From positions 992 to 64,991 of the forward strand of contig DATJTK010000174.1 in assembly GCA_035503455.1 (NCBI GenBank): a stretch of DNA of 64,000 nucleotides. Reading direction: 5' to 3'. The notes below the pieces were generated by a model. It was not told the origin of the DNA, searched no databases, and worked only from the letters and a program-made list of their open reading frames with translations. The stretch's first letter is position 1; every line of letters begins with the position of its first letter. Shown piece after piece: positions 17,946 to 27,349 of the stretch. A program made the translations under genes and the position numbers. The DNA comes from Candidatus Sulfotelmatobacter sp. (GTDB lineage: Bacteria > Verrucomicrobiota > Verrucomicrobiia > Limisphaerales > UBA11358).

Positions 17946-19427
17946 ATGCGCAACTTTTATTTTTCAATGACAGAGTTGCCCGTTAGTGTCAATTTTGAAG
18001 CGGTTTTCGGTTGCCATTATTGTGCGAAGGGCTTACTCTTGGACTGGTGTGAGGAAAGAAACCAGCCAACAAGGACTGCCATTATGAGAACGAAGCCAAC
18101 GCTGCCGGCGGAGAAAGAAAAGCCCGTCCGCCAGGCGCGAACCACCGCTGAATCTTCTCCCGGGGAAGAATCTCCTGCTCCCCATTCCAAACGCCGTTCT
18201 CCTGCCGCCAAAAAAACTCCTAAAGCCATCGCCTCATCCATTAGCGAACCTGTTCCGACGGTCAAAAAGCGCGTCACCCGTGCCAAAGCTCCGAAGAAAA
18301 AGATTGAAATTCCGCCCATTTTGCTTGAGGGCGACCACCCGGCGCCGCCGCCGGCCAGTGGCCCGGGACAAAAATACGTGCTGGGCGCCTGGCCTGTTTC
18401 TCAAAAAACCGAGCCGGAAGCCGAATTGCCGGAAGCTTATGGCACGCGAAAGCTCTTTCTCACCGCCCGCGATCCGCACTGGCTTTACGCCAATTGGGAC
18501 CTGACCCAGGAACAGCAATCCAATTTAAATGCGCGTTCGGCGGAGGGCCATCTTATCCTCCGCATATACGGCAATAAAATCGAGGGTCATCCGCTTTACG
18601 AAATCCACGTCCACCCGGAATCGCGTCATTGGTTTGCGCACGTCGAAAAGGCGGGAAGCCCGTACACGGCGGAACTGGGCTATTATTCGCCGGTCGGCCG
18701 ATGGATGCGCGTGGCGGCTTCCGGCGCGACAGTCACGCCGCCGGATTCTGTGTCCCAGGACGGCAACGCGGAGTTTGCGACCATACCCTTCGAATTTCCT
18801 TTTTCAAAGCTGCTGGACATCGTCAAAGACGCCGTCCGCGAAAACCGGCCGCTGGCGCAGGCAGTCGAAGAATTGCGCCGGACCGGTCATCCCGCCCTTC
18901 CCCGGATTAACGGCGAGCCGATATCCAGTTGGACCCATGAACAGGAATCCGCCCTGGCGAAAATTATCGCCATAGACGAATCGCGGCGAGTCTGGATGGG
19001 TTCCCTCGAAATTACCGAACTCCTCCGCCGGCGGATGGCCCAGGAGATGTCCTCGTTCGGCTTGATTTCTTCGCTTGGTGTTTCCTCCCTGGGTATTTCC
19101 AGCTTCTCAAGCCCATTCGGAGGCATGCCGGGCAAAGGTTTTTGGTTCAACGTGAATGCTGAATTGATTATCTATGGCGCCACGGAAGCGGATGCCAAAG
19201 TCACCATTGGCGGACACCAAATCAAGTTGCGCCGTGACGGTTCCTTCAGTTTCCGTTTCGCCCTGCCGGACGGAAATTACGGTTTGCCGGCCGTGGCCGT
19301 TTCCGCAGACGGCACAGACGCCCGCGCCGCCGATTTAAAATTCAGCCGCAACACCCAGTACATGGGCGACGTGGGAGCGCATCCGCAGGACCCGACGCTC
19401 AAAGCGCCATCGCCCGAAAATCTCTGA
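17946..19427 (+). CDS. DUF4912 domain-containing protein
   Basis: LFLTARDPHWLYANWDLT...HLILRIY...IHVHPESRHWFAHV is the DUF4912 pattern. The N-terminus is basic and Pro/Lys-rich. The real start is more likely ATG 18084 (MRTKPTLPAEK). Confidence 0.65.
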   Translation: MRNFYFSMTELPVSVNFEAVFGCHYCAKGLLLDWCEERNQPTRTAIMRTKPTLPAEKEKPVRQARTTAESSPGEESPAPHSKRRSPAAKKTPKAIASSISEPVPTVKKRVTRAKAPKKKIEIPPILLEGDHPAPPPASGPGQKYVLGAWPVSQKTEPEAELPEAYGTRKLFLTARDPHWLYANWDLTQEQQSNLNARSAEGHLILRIYGNKIEGHPLYEIHVHPESRHWFAHVEKAGSPYTAELGYYSPVGRWMRVAASGATVTPPDSVSQDGNAEFATIPFEFPFSKLLDIVKDAVRENRPLAQAVEELRRTGHPALPRINGEPISSWTHEQESALAKIIAIDESRRVWMGSLEITELLRRRMAQEMSSFGLISSLGVSSLGISSFSSPFGGMPGKGFWFNVNAELIIYGATEADAKVTIGGHQIKLRRDGSFSFRFALPDGNYGLPAVAVSADGTDARAADLKFSRNTQYMGDVGAHPQDPTLKAPSPENL

Positions 19428-19428
19428 C

Positions 19429-19686
19429 ATGGATTCCTCAGAACGCGGGGCTTTAGGCCTCGTCCGTCTTGTGGCGGCAGCGATCATCCTGATTGGGCTG
19501 CTGGACGGGGGCATTTATTTTACCCAATATCTAATGCCATACGCGACAACGAATCATCCAAACCAGCACCTGCCGCCGGTGAATTTTCTTCGCGTCATAT
19601 TGGATTCAATCCCAATCGTCGCCGGCATCGTAATCCTCATCAAGGCCAGGGCCATCGCCGAATGGCTTTCGGATTGGATTCAATAG
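19429..19686 (+). CDS. Small membrane protein (2 TM), hypothetical
   Basis: 85 aa with two hydrophobic helices. It starts 1 nt after the DUF4912 stop. Confidence 0.45.
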   Translation: MDSSERGALGLVRLVAAAIILIGLLDGGIYFTQYLMPYATTNHPNQHLPPVNFLRVILDSIPIVAGIVILIKARAIAEWLSDWIQ

Positions 19687-19726
19687 ACGAAGAGCACGGA
19701 CGCACACGGACGCACACGGACAGACA

Positions 19727-21076
19727 CTAAAATCGTGAGCCGTCCATCACAATGTCCGTCGCATTGGTGATGTAATTTTTTTCGGCGGCGTGAAGAAAAC
19801 GGCACTTAATGATGGACACATTGGTGATCGGGGCTGATTCCGACCATCCTTCAATGAATATCGGTTGTTTCGTTAACTCCTGGAATGTCGTGTTTCGGAT
19901 GTCAATATTTCGGATCACGGGAACCGCGTCGCCGTCCATCGCTCCGCTGCTGGCGTATCTCAAGGTCATGTCGATGCCGATTTGCGCCTGTTTTATGACG
20001 CAATCGCGCAAATAAACTCCCTCGATATAACCGCCGCGCGCAGGATTTGTCTTCAGGCGAATAGCCATTTCCAAATCAGGACTGTCGAAATGGCAATTTT
20101 CGGCGAACACGTTTCGGATGCCGCCCGAGGTTTCGCTGCCGATCGCGATGCCGCCGTGACCGGCCTTGAAGCGGCAATTTTGAATGACGATGTCGCGGCT
20201 TGGAATGTTGATTTTCTGGCCGTCGCGGTCCCGGCCCGATTTGATGGCGATGCAATCGTCGCCGTCACTGAAATTGCAATTTCTAATGAGCACATCCGCG
20301 GAGGAATCGGGGTCGCAACCGTCGGTGTTTGGGCCCTGGGTATCCACCGTGACATTTCGGATGGTCACGTTGGTGCAATAAACCGGATTGATTACCCACA
20401 TTGGCGAGTTAACAATGTGCATGCCCTCGATAAGGACATTTTGGCAACGAATTGGCGCGACGAAATTCGGGCGCAGATGGCAGCCGTCGCCGAAAACGCG
20501 CTGAGCAACCGGCACACCAAAGCCGGCTATCTCGACCAGCCGTTTGGGATCGCCGCTGGATTTCCACGAATGCCAGTTTGTCCCCTGACCGTCGAGCGTA
20601 CCTTCGCCCGTGACCGCAATATTGGTTTGCTCAAAAGCATAAACGAGCGGCGAATAATTCATCACCTCCGTTCCTTCGTAGCGCGCGAAAACCGGCGGCA
20701 GATATTGTTTTGGGTCCGCGCTGAACCGAATTGTCGCGCCCTTTTTGACATCGAGGTCCACGTTGCTTTTCAGATGTATTGCGCCCGTCAACCAGATACC
20801 GTTGGGAACGACAACGACTCCTCCGCCGGCGGCGCTGCATGCGTCAATAGTCTTTCGAAATGCTTCGGTGCAATCGGTGACGCCATCTCCGATGGCGCCG
20901 TATTTGGCAACGGAAACCTCGCGACGCGGAAACTTTGGGGGTTTGATATGCGCGAGAATGGCGGGAACTTGTGCCCACGCGTTTGCCGCCTGGTCAACCG
21001 GGGCGCCCCGGGCGGCCAAAACGCAGATTAAAATTAGAATAAGCAGCGTTTCCCGCACTGGAATTTTTTGAACCAT
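19727..21076 (-). CDS. Glycoside hydrolase family 28 (polygalacturonase-like)
   Basis: Signal peptide plus GH28 motifs NTDGCDP, GDDCIAIKSG, GHGGIAIGSE and RLKT. Confidence 0.88.
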   Translation of the reverse strand: MVQKIPVRETLLILILICVLAARGAPVDQAANAWAQVPAILAHIKPPKFPRREVSVAKYGAIGDGVTDCTEAFRKTIDACSAAGGGVVVVPNGIWLTGAIHLKSNVDLDVKKGATIRFSADPKQYLPPVFARYEGTEVMNYSPLVYAFEQTNIAVTGEGTLDGQGTNWHSWKSSGDPKRLVEIAGFGVPVAQRVFGDGCHLRPNFVAPIRCQNVLIEGMHIVNSPMWVINPVYCTNVTIRNVTVDTQGPNTDGCDPDSSADVLIRNCNFSDGDDCIAIKSGRDRDGQKINIPSRDIVIQNCRFKAGHGGIAIGSETSGGIRNVFAENCHFDSPDLEMAIRLKTNPARGGYIEGVYLRDCVIKQAQIGIDMTLRYASSGAMDGDAVPVIRNIDIRNTTFQELTKQPIFIEGWSESAPITNVSIIKCRFLHAAEKNYITNATDIVMDGSRF

Positions 21077-21079
21077 TCA

Positions 21080-21108
21080 GAAAAAGCAGGCGCTGAATTC
21101 GCGCCCGC
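21080..21108 (-). terminator. Possible intrinsic terminator after the PEP-CTERM gene
   Basis: The minus strand reads GCGGGCGC-gaattca-GCGCCTGC-TTTTT, an 8-bp stem with 1 mismatch plus a T-run. It ends only 4 nt before the GH28 start codon, so the call is uncertain. Confidence 0.35.
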
Positions 21109-21125
21109 TCCGTCATTTTTCCCAA

Positions 21126-22037
21126 TTAGCGGCGGCGAAAACGCATCATGCCAAACGCTCCGAACGCCGCGCCCACGAGGGCCATGACAGACGGTTCGGG
21201 AGCCGGGGTAATCTCGGTTACAGATTCAGAGAGGATGTTGATATCCACCGCGGCGGCTTTGCCATAGTTGCCAAAGTCGAGTTCATTAAAGGTGTCATAA
21301 AGGCCGCTGGAGTCGGTAGTCGTCCAACTGTCCAGTATTGAGGACCCGTTGCTTATCATAGCCGAGATTTGGTTGCCGCTGGCGCCTTCGTCGGTAATAG
21401 TATAGGTCAAAGTGTAGTTTATATTCAGTTGAAGGTTGGCGTTATTGGCAGCGCCGGAACTGCTTAATTGAGTATAGCTCGATCCGGTCATTTCCGAGTA
21501 ATAGCCTAACTCATTGGCGTCCGTCGCGCCTCCCTGGCGGCTATAGAATTTGGTCGAAGTACCGGCACTGGTATTATATCCCATAATTCCGAAATAGCCC
21601 TGGCTGGCGGCGGTCTCGCCGCCAGTGCCTGTGCTGCCGTTGGAGCTGCCCTGCTCATTTGTCGAGTTGACCGTGGAATTATTGTACAGGCCGACCAATA
21701 GACCGCCCGTGTCTGTGGACATGCCGCTGGGCGAATTGAAGATGGCAGTTAGAGAGAGAGAATCGCCGTCGCTTAATGTAACCGAATTGAATTCTGAGAA
21801 CATCTCGTTGACCTTGCCAGTACTTCCGGAATTGACGGTCAGCGCCAAACCCTGGCCCGCGGTGGGATTCAAGGCATAGCTTGCGGCGCTGGTGTTATTC
21901 AAATTATACCATGATGGCCCCAGACTGCTATCTGAAGCGAAATCGTCGCTAAAGATGGTCGTTTGGGCTGACGCCGATGAGATGAAAGCTAACAGGCCGC
22001 AATTGGCTGCGAGAAGGTAGATAATCGCCTTTTTCAT
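21126..22037 (-). CDS. PEP-CTERM sorting domain-containing secreted protein
   Basis: Signal peptide, a Ser/Thr/Asn/Gly-rich body and the C-terminal PAPEPSVMALVGAAFGAFGMMRFRRR (PEP motif, TM helix, Arg cluster). Confidence 0.85.
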   Translation of the reverse strand: MKKAIIYLLAANCGLLAFISSASAQTTIFSDDFASDSSLGPSWYNLNNTSAASYALNPTAGQGLALTVNSGSTGKVNEMFSEFNSVTLSDGDSLSLTAIFNSPSGMSTDTGGLLVGLYNNSTVNSTNEQGSSNGSTGTGGETAASQGYFGIMGYNTSAGTSTKFYSRQGGATDANELGYYSEMTGSSYTQLSSSGAANNANLQLNINYTLTYTITDEGASGNQISAMISNGSSILDSWTTTDSSGLYDTFNELDFGNYGKAAAVDINILSESVTEITPAPEPSVMALVGAAFGAFGMMRFRRR

Positions 22038-22200
22038 AGGTTTGATTCGTCGGATTTAAAGGCAATTTACCCTCTATTTTAAGCCCTGTCATCAAGGCGC
22101 ACCGTGAATCCCTTGCAATGTACTTTGAAAAATGAGAACAACGGCTGCTGTTCCACTTACAGCAACCGGACAAGCCTAATTTGCGTGTTTTTTTGCCGTT

Positions 22201-23307
22201 TTAGAAGGGGAACTTCTTTATAACATCAACAACGCGAGCGATTTGCGCTTCGGTTAATTCAGGATAAATCGGCAGGCTAAGGCACTGGAGCGCGGCCTTT
22301 TCGGAGACCGGAAAATCGCCTTTTTTGTGTCCCAAATCTGCATACGCTTTTTGCAAGTGCAACGGAATCGGGTAATGAATCGAGCAGCCAACTCCATTGT
22401 CCTCCAGATGTTTCTTCAGTTCGTCCCGTCGCGCATGGCGCACCACATAACAATGCCAGACGCTCTCGGCGAATTCGGCCTGGCGGGGCAATTGCAATGG
22501 AGTTCCTGCCAGCAATTCGTTGTAGCGTTTTGCCACGCGCTGCCGTTCGCGAGTCCATTTGTCCAGATGCCGCAGCTTCACTCCCAGAGTCGCACCCTGA
22601 AAACCTTCCATGCGGTAATTGAAACCCACTTCGTCGTGGTAATAGCGGACCTTCGAACCGTGCTCGCGCAAGGCCCGTCCGCGCGCCTCGAAGTCGCCAT
22701 TGTTCGTCACGAGTGCGCCGCCCTCGCCGCATGCGCCGAGATTTTTACCCGGATAAAAACTGAAGCAGGACATCACGCCTAATGTGCCCACCACACGGCC
22801 CTTATATTTTGCGCCGACCGCCTGGCAGGCGTCTTCGATCAACGGCAACTTGTGCCGTTGGCAAATCTCCAGGATACGATCGACGTCAAAGGGCTGGCCG
22901 TACAAGTGGACCGGCATAACCGCTTTTGTCCGCGGGGTAATTGCTTTTTCAACAAGCGCAGGATCCATGTTGAAGGTCGCGTCGTCAATGTCCGCAAACA
23001 CCGGCTTTGCGCCCACGTAGGAAATGGCCCAACTCGTCGCGACAAAGGTGAACGGCGTGGTAACGACTTCGTCGCCCGCGCCGATGTTGAGCAGCTTCAG
23101 CGCCACATGCAACGCGGACGTCCCGCTGTTGAAGCCCAGCGCATGTTTCGCGCCGCAAAACTGCGCAAAATCTTTTTCAAATTGCGCGACGTCCGGCCCG
23201 AGGCAAAACGAGCAATTGTCCAGCGTGCGCGCGAGCGCGGCGTCGAGTTCCTTCCGCAGCCCGCGAATCTGCGCGGGCAAATCCAAATAAGGCACTTTGT
23301 CAGACAT
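22201..23307 (-). CDS. DegT/DnrJ/EryC1/StrS family sugar aminotransferase
   Basis: 368 aa. VPYLDL...GPDVAQFEKDFAQFCGAKHALGFNSGTSALHVAL...SFYPGKNLGA (PLP Lys) is the typical family pattern. Confidence 0.9.
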   Translation of the reverse strand: MSDKVPYLDLPAQIRGLRKELDAALARTLDNCSFCLGPDVAQFEKDFAQFCGAKHALGFNSGTSALHVALKLLNIGAGDEVVTTPFTFVATSWAISYVGAKPVFADIDDATFNMDPALVEKAITPRTKAVMPVHLYGQPFDVDRILEICQRHKLPLIEDACQAVGAKYKGRVVGTLGVMSCFSFYPGKNLGACGEGGALVTNNGDFEARGRALREHGSKVRYYHDEVGFNYRMEGFQGATLGVKLRHLDKWTRERQRVAKRYNELLAGTPLQLPRQAEFAESVWHCYVVRHARRDELKKHLEDNGVGCSIHYPIPLHLQKAYADLGHKKGDFPVSEKAALQCLSLPIYPELTEAQIARVVDVIKKFPF

Positions 23308-23657
23308 AGGCGGTTACAATAACGCAATTCCGTAAAAATGCGATTTTTTAATACACTGCCCGTCAATATTGGATAAAAACCGATTTCACCGACGCCCTTC
23401 ACGCCGGATTCAAGTCCTACGGAGGTTTTCCGGCGACCCTTCCACTGGAAACAGCGAAGAGTCTGAGGCCATGTTAAAATTGTGTTAATCAAGGCTTTTT
23501 GCCTTGCCACCAGTCCAACCGATTTTTAGTGTCATTCCATTCATCAGACATGCTGAATTAAACCGCTGACAATCAAAGCCATGCCGACGCCTATGCATGC
23601 GCAGCACGAATGTGGCAGGGCGGCGCTCCCGCGCCGCCATTTCAAATGAACTAACCT

Positions 23658-25127
23658 ATGCAAATCGACGAGGCATTTGTGGATTCCCAGGCGACCAATG
23701 CGGCGGCAATCAAAAACGCGCGCCTGGTCGTCATCAAAAAGAAACTCGTCGGCCTGTTCAAATCCTCGGACGGCTCGCTGCTGTTCGGCGACTGCAAAGG
23801 CAGCGGCGCGGAAAACTACCGGCCTTCCGCGGATTTTTCGGACAGCACCAAACCCGTCTATCGCTGCACCTGCCCGAGCCATCAGTTTCCCTGCAAACAT
23901 TCCCTCGCCCTGCTCTACGCTTATGCCCAGGGACAGAAATTTACCGAGAAGGAGGTGCCGGCGGACATCGCTGAAAAGCGCGCCAAGATCGTCCAACGCA
24001 CTGAAAAAAAGAAGGTCGAAGCCGAAAAGCCTGACAAACCCGAAAAGCCTCACAAGGTCAATACCAGCGCGCTAATAAAGAAAATCGAAACACAGATTGG
24101 CGGCCTCGAATTGCTTGAATCGCTGGTGAACGATCTCGTCCGCTCCGGCCTTGGCACGCTCAACTCCAAGTCCGCGCGCCAAATGGAGGATCAGGCGAAG
24201 CAACTCGGCGACGCCTACCTGCCCGGCGCGCAGAATGCCCTCCACGCATTGACCGGACTTTTCTACCGCACGCAAATCAGTTCCCAGGACGAGTTGAAAC
24301 CCTCCGAACGCGAACAGGTTTACAGCGCCGCGCTCGACCAGTTGAATCGCCTGCAATCGCTGTGCAAGCAAGGGCGAAAATATTTGCAGAACCGGCTCGA
24401 TGAACCGGAACTTAAGCCGGAAACGGAGACGGACATTGCCGCATGGCTCGGGCACGCATGGCAATTGCGCGAACTGAAGGATGCAGGCCTCGTGCAGGCC
24501 AATGTCGAACTCCTGCAACTTGCCTTCAACTCGCACGATGACTGGACGCGCGGCGAATTTGTCGAGACCGGCGTTTGGATGAATTTGCAGACCGGGGCGG
24601 TGCAATTGACTCGCAACTATCGCCCGTATCGCGCGGCGAAGTACATTCGCGAAGACGATTCGTGTTTTCAGGTCATGATCTGCCCCGAGCTATGCATTTA
24701 CCCCGGCAACTTGAATCCGCGCATCCGATGGGAAGCGAGCGAGCCGCGGCCAACGGTCGTGGCCGACTTTGCCCGCGCCCGCGAGTTCGCAAAGCCCGAC
24801 CTGAAGGCCGTCATCAAGGACGTGAAGACCCAATTGAAATCGCCCCTGGGCGATCGCCGTCCGGTGGCATTGGTGAAATATCGCGCGCTCGGCAAAGCTG
24901 GTGAAGATGTCATCATAGAAGACGCTGCCGGCGAACGCCTCGTGCTCGCCGACGACGGCTATCCCGGAGATCCAGCCACGCTGCCGCTGCTGCCGATGCT
25001 GTCATCAGACATCCATCACGACCAGGCGATGCTCGTCCGCTTTCATCACAACCTGGACACCCAAAAGCTCCGCGCCAAACCGCTCAGTATCGTCACGGCG
25101 ACGGATGTAGTGAGGTTGACATATTAA
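23658..25127 (+). CDS. SWIM zinc-finger protein (YehQ-like)
   Basis: 489 aa with YRCTCPSHQFPCKHSLALLYAY (CxCxnCxH SWIM motif) near the N-terminus and a long helical C-terminal region. It is the first gene of the MoxR/VWA cluster. Confidence 0.8.
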   Translation: MQIDEAFVDSQATNAAAIKNARLVVIKKKLVGLFKSSDGSLLFGDCKGSGAENYRPSADFSDSTKPVYRCTCPSHQFPCKHSLALLYAYAQGQKFTEKEVPADIAEKRAKIVQRTEKKKVEAEKPDKPEKPHKVNTSALIKKIETQIGGLELLESLVNDLVRSGLGTLNSKSARQMEDQAKQLGDAYLPGAQNALHALTGLFYRTQISSQDELKPSEREQVYSAALDQLNRLQSLCKQGRKYLQNRLDEPELKPETETDIAAWLGHAWQLRELKDAGLVQANVELLQLAFNSHDDWTRGEFVETGVWMNLQTGAVQLTRNYRPYRAAKYIREDDSCFQVMICPELCIYPGNLNPRIRWEASEPRPTVVADFARAREFAKPDLKAVIKDVKTQLKSPLGDRRPVALVKYRALGKAGEDVIIEDAAGERLVLADDGYPGDPATLPLLPMLSSDIHHDQAMLVRFHHNLDTQKLRAKPLSIVTATDVVRLTY

Positions 25128-25245
25128 TATGTTAAAGCTCTCCCATTGTATGGACCGTCCAGAACCGAGAAGACTCTTGAGAACTGACCTGCCGTCTTGG
25201 AGTGTCTCGACGCGTCGGGATGACCCGCTTCCGAGACTCGCACCA

Positions 25246-25335
25246 CTTCGAATCGTCAATCGCCATTTGAAAGTCCAACGACGTCCGAAAGCGGTGTCGC
25301 GCAGACTTGCCACCGCACTCCAAGACGGCAAGCGC
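25246..25335 (+). repeat. About 90-bp dispersed repeat (cttcgaatcgtcaatcgccatttgaaagtccaacgacgtccgaaagcggtgtcgcgcagacttgccaccgcactccaagacggcaagcgc)
   Basis: A second copy lies inverted at 62227-62316 with only a handful of mismatches by eye. This copy sits inside the SWIM-HEAT intergenic gap. Confidence 0.75.
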
Positions 25336-25523
25336 GGAATGGACGGTTCATGGTCCCTCGCGGGTTCATTGCGCGAACGCACGATTCGCGAATTATTTAA
25401 ACTCAGTGTGAACCGTCACGCAGGACAGGCATCCTGCCTGCCGGTTCAGGGCGCATCCTGCGCCCAGTCAAACACGCGGCTGGAAGCCGCCTTAACCGGC
25501 AGGCAAGATGCCTGCCCTGCGCA

Positions 25524-27338
25524 ATGAGCATCGCCTTGATTGAAGAATCCGCGAAAGAAGTTCGCCGACTTGCCATCGCCGGCAGCCCGCTTGCTGTCGG
25601 AGATTTTCGGCTGAAAAAACTCATCCCGCCGCTGGAACAGGCCGGCGCGAAAGTTCCCGTGTTCGCGCAAGTCGCCAAAGCGATCAACGACGTCGTAAAC
25701 GCGACCGAGGCGGAGTCCGCCGCGCGCCTGCTAAACTTAAGCACGCTGCTCAATGCAATCCTCTATACTCAGGGCCAAACCAGCACGACCGGAGATTTCC
25801 AGAAACTCGAAATTTTTCCCTCCAAATGCTCCACCACACGGACCACCGCCCGCGTGCTCAAACCGTTGATCGAAGCGCTGTCATCGTCCGGCGGCGGACG
25901 ACTTGAAATCATTAAATCCGCTGTCGAACGCGGCGCGTTCAACGATCTGCGTCTCATCGATCCCGCGATCCGCGCGCTGGGTGACAATTATCCGGAAATC
26001 GCCGACCTGGTTGCGGAAAAAATTCTTCCCGCCTACGGCCCGGGAATCATTCCGCGCCTCAAGACCGGACTCGATCTCAAAGGCAAGAAACACGATGCGC
26101 GAAAACTGGAAGTGATGCACCGGCTTGATCCCGTCGGGACGCTCGATCTTTGCAAAAATGCGCTGGAGGATGGGTCACCCGAAGTCAAAATCGCCGCTAT
26201 CGCCTGCCTCGGGCAACACGAAGACTGCCTGCCGCTCGTGCTCGAACAGGCCAGCGCGAAGAACAAACAAGTCCGCGCCGCGGCGCTGGAAGCGCTCGCC
26301 GAACATGACCGTCCCGAGATTACGAAGATTTTCAGCGAACTGATCGGAGGCAAAGCGTTCGACATTCTCGTCCGCCCGTTCCGTCGGTTGCGCAACCGGC
26401 AGGTTTTGAATTCCCTATTGGATGAAGGTCGAACGAAGTTTGATCTGATTCTCAAAGGCGATTCACAGCAAATCTTACTCTTTCACGAGATTTTAAACTG
26501 TCTGGCCTCGCGGAGAGATAGCGAAGTAGAAAAATTTTTCCTGGAGATTTTCGCCAAATCAGTCGCACTAACAAAGCTAGCCTTGCACAACCTTTCCGTT
26601 AAAGTTAATGCGGTCCAAAACGCCCCGATACAAGGGGCTGATTTGATGGAGCGTCTGGTCGAGCGGGTTTACGGGATTGGTTCTCGCGCAGCACTGGAGG
26701 CCATTTTGGAAAGACGCGAGGACCTTCCAACGTCGGTATTTCCGTATGTGTTGCGGAGCGCTGTTCGGACATGGCCTCCGGACAAAGTTTATTCCGAATT
26801 TTCGCCTTTGCTCGAAGGAAAAACGGGGGCGGGAAAAGAAAAGCGCGAAATGTTGGAGGGATTTATCAACACGAGCCACGCCAGGTTGGAACAGCCACCA
26901 GACGCAGGCGAAGACGCTGATCGGCAATCGATGCCAGAGAGCCTGACATGGGACCCATGCTGGCTGGACGCTGCCATCAAGGCCGACTCGCGAGTAATAG
27001 TGTGCTGGCTGGCTCGGCCGAATCATATTGGGTCGTTAAACTATTTGTGGAAACTTGGAACGCCCAAGAGCGCCAACCACACGGCGCTGACCGTCCGGGC
27101 CCTCGCTCGATGCCAACATCCAAACGTGACAGACTTTTTCATTGGACAGGTGGCCCGAAAATCAAAAGGCGCGAACTATCTCGATTACGAATTACAAACA
27201 CTTCTCGAATCAGCGAAACACTTACCCGCATCAGATTTGCCGAAACTCGACGCGTTCGCCACGAAACTGGATGAAAAATTCGCAGACGCATACCTCGTCG
27301 CCATCGAGCCGTTACGCCGACCCAATCAACCCGACTGA
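25524..27338 (+). CDS. HEAT/ARM-like repeat protein, hypothetical
   Basis: 604 aa and all-helical in character, with HEAT-like units such as DGSPEVKIAAIACLGQHEDCLPLVLEQASAKNKQVRAAALEALAEHDRPE. It ends 11 nt before the AAA+ gene. Confidence 0.6.
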   Translation: MSIALIEESAKEVRRLAIAGSPLAVGDFRLKKLIPPLEQAGAKVPVFAQVAKAINDVVNATEAESAARLLNLSTLLNAILYTQGQTSTTGDFQKLEIFPSKCSTTRTTARVLKPLIEALSSSGGGRLEIIKSAVERGAFNDLRLIDPAIRALGDNYPEIADLVAEKILPAYGPGIIPRLKTGLDLKGKKHDARKLEVMHRLDPVGTLDLCKNALEDGSPEVKIAAIACLGQHEDCLPLVLEQASAKNKQVRAAALEALAEHDRPEITKIFSELIGGKAFDILVRPFRRLRNRQVLNSLLDEGRTKFDLILKGDSQQILLFHEILNCLASRRDSEVEKFFLEIFAKSVALTKLALHNLSVKVNAVQNAPIQGADLMERLVERVYGIGSRAALEAILERREDLPTSVFPYVLRSAVRTWPPDKVYSEFSPLLEGKTGAGKEKREMLEGFINTSHARLEQPPDAGEDADRQSMPESLTWDPCWLDAAIKADSRVIVCWLARPNHIGSLNYLWKLGTPKSANHTALTVRALARCQHPNVTDFFIGQVARKSKGANYLDYELQTLLESAKHLPASDLPKLDAFATKLDEKFADAYLVAIEPLRRPNQPD

Positions 27339-27349
27339 CCCTATTCATT

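Noticed and set aside
23544-24053. 169-aa minus-strand ORF overlapping the SWIM gene start
   Set aside because: It is antisense to the SWIM gene, begins with repeated MRLFGFVRLFGF low complexity, and has no support.
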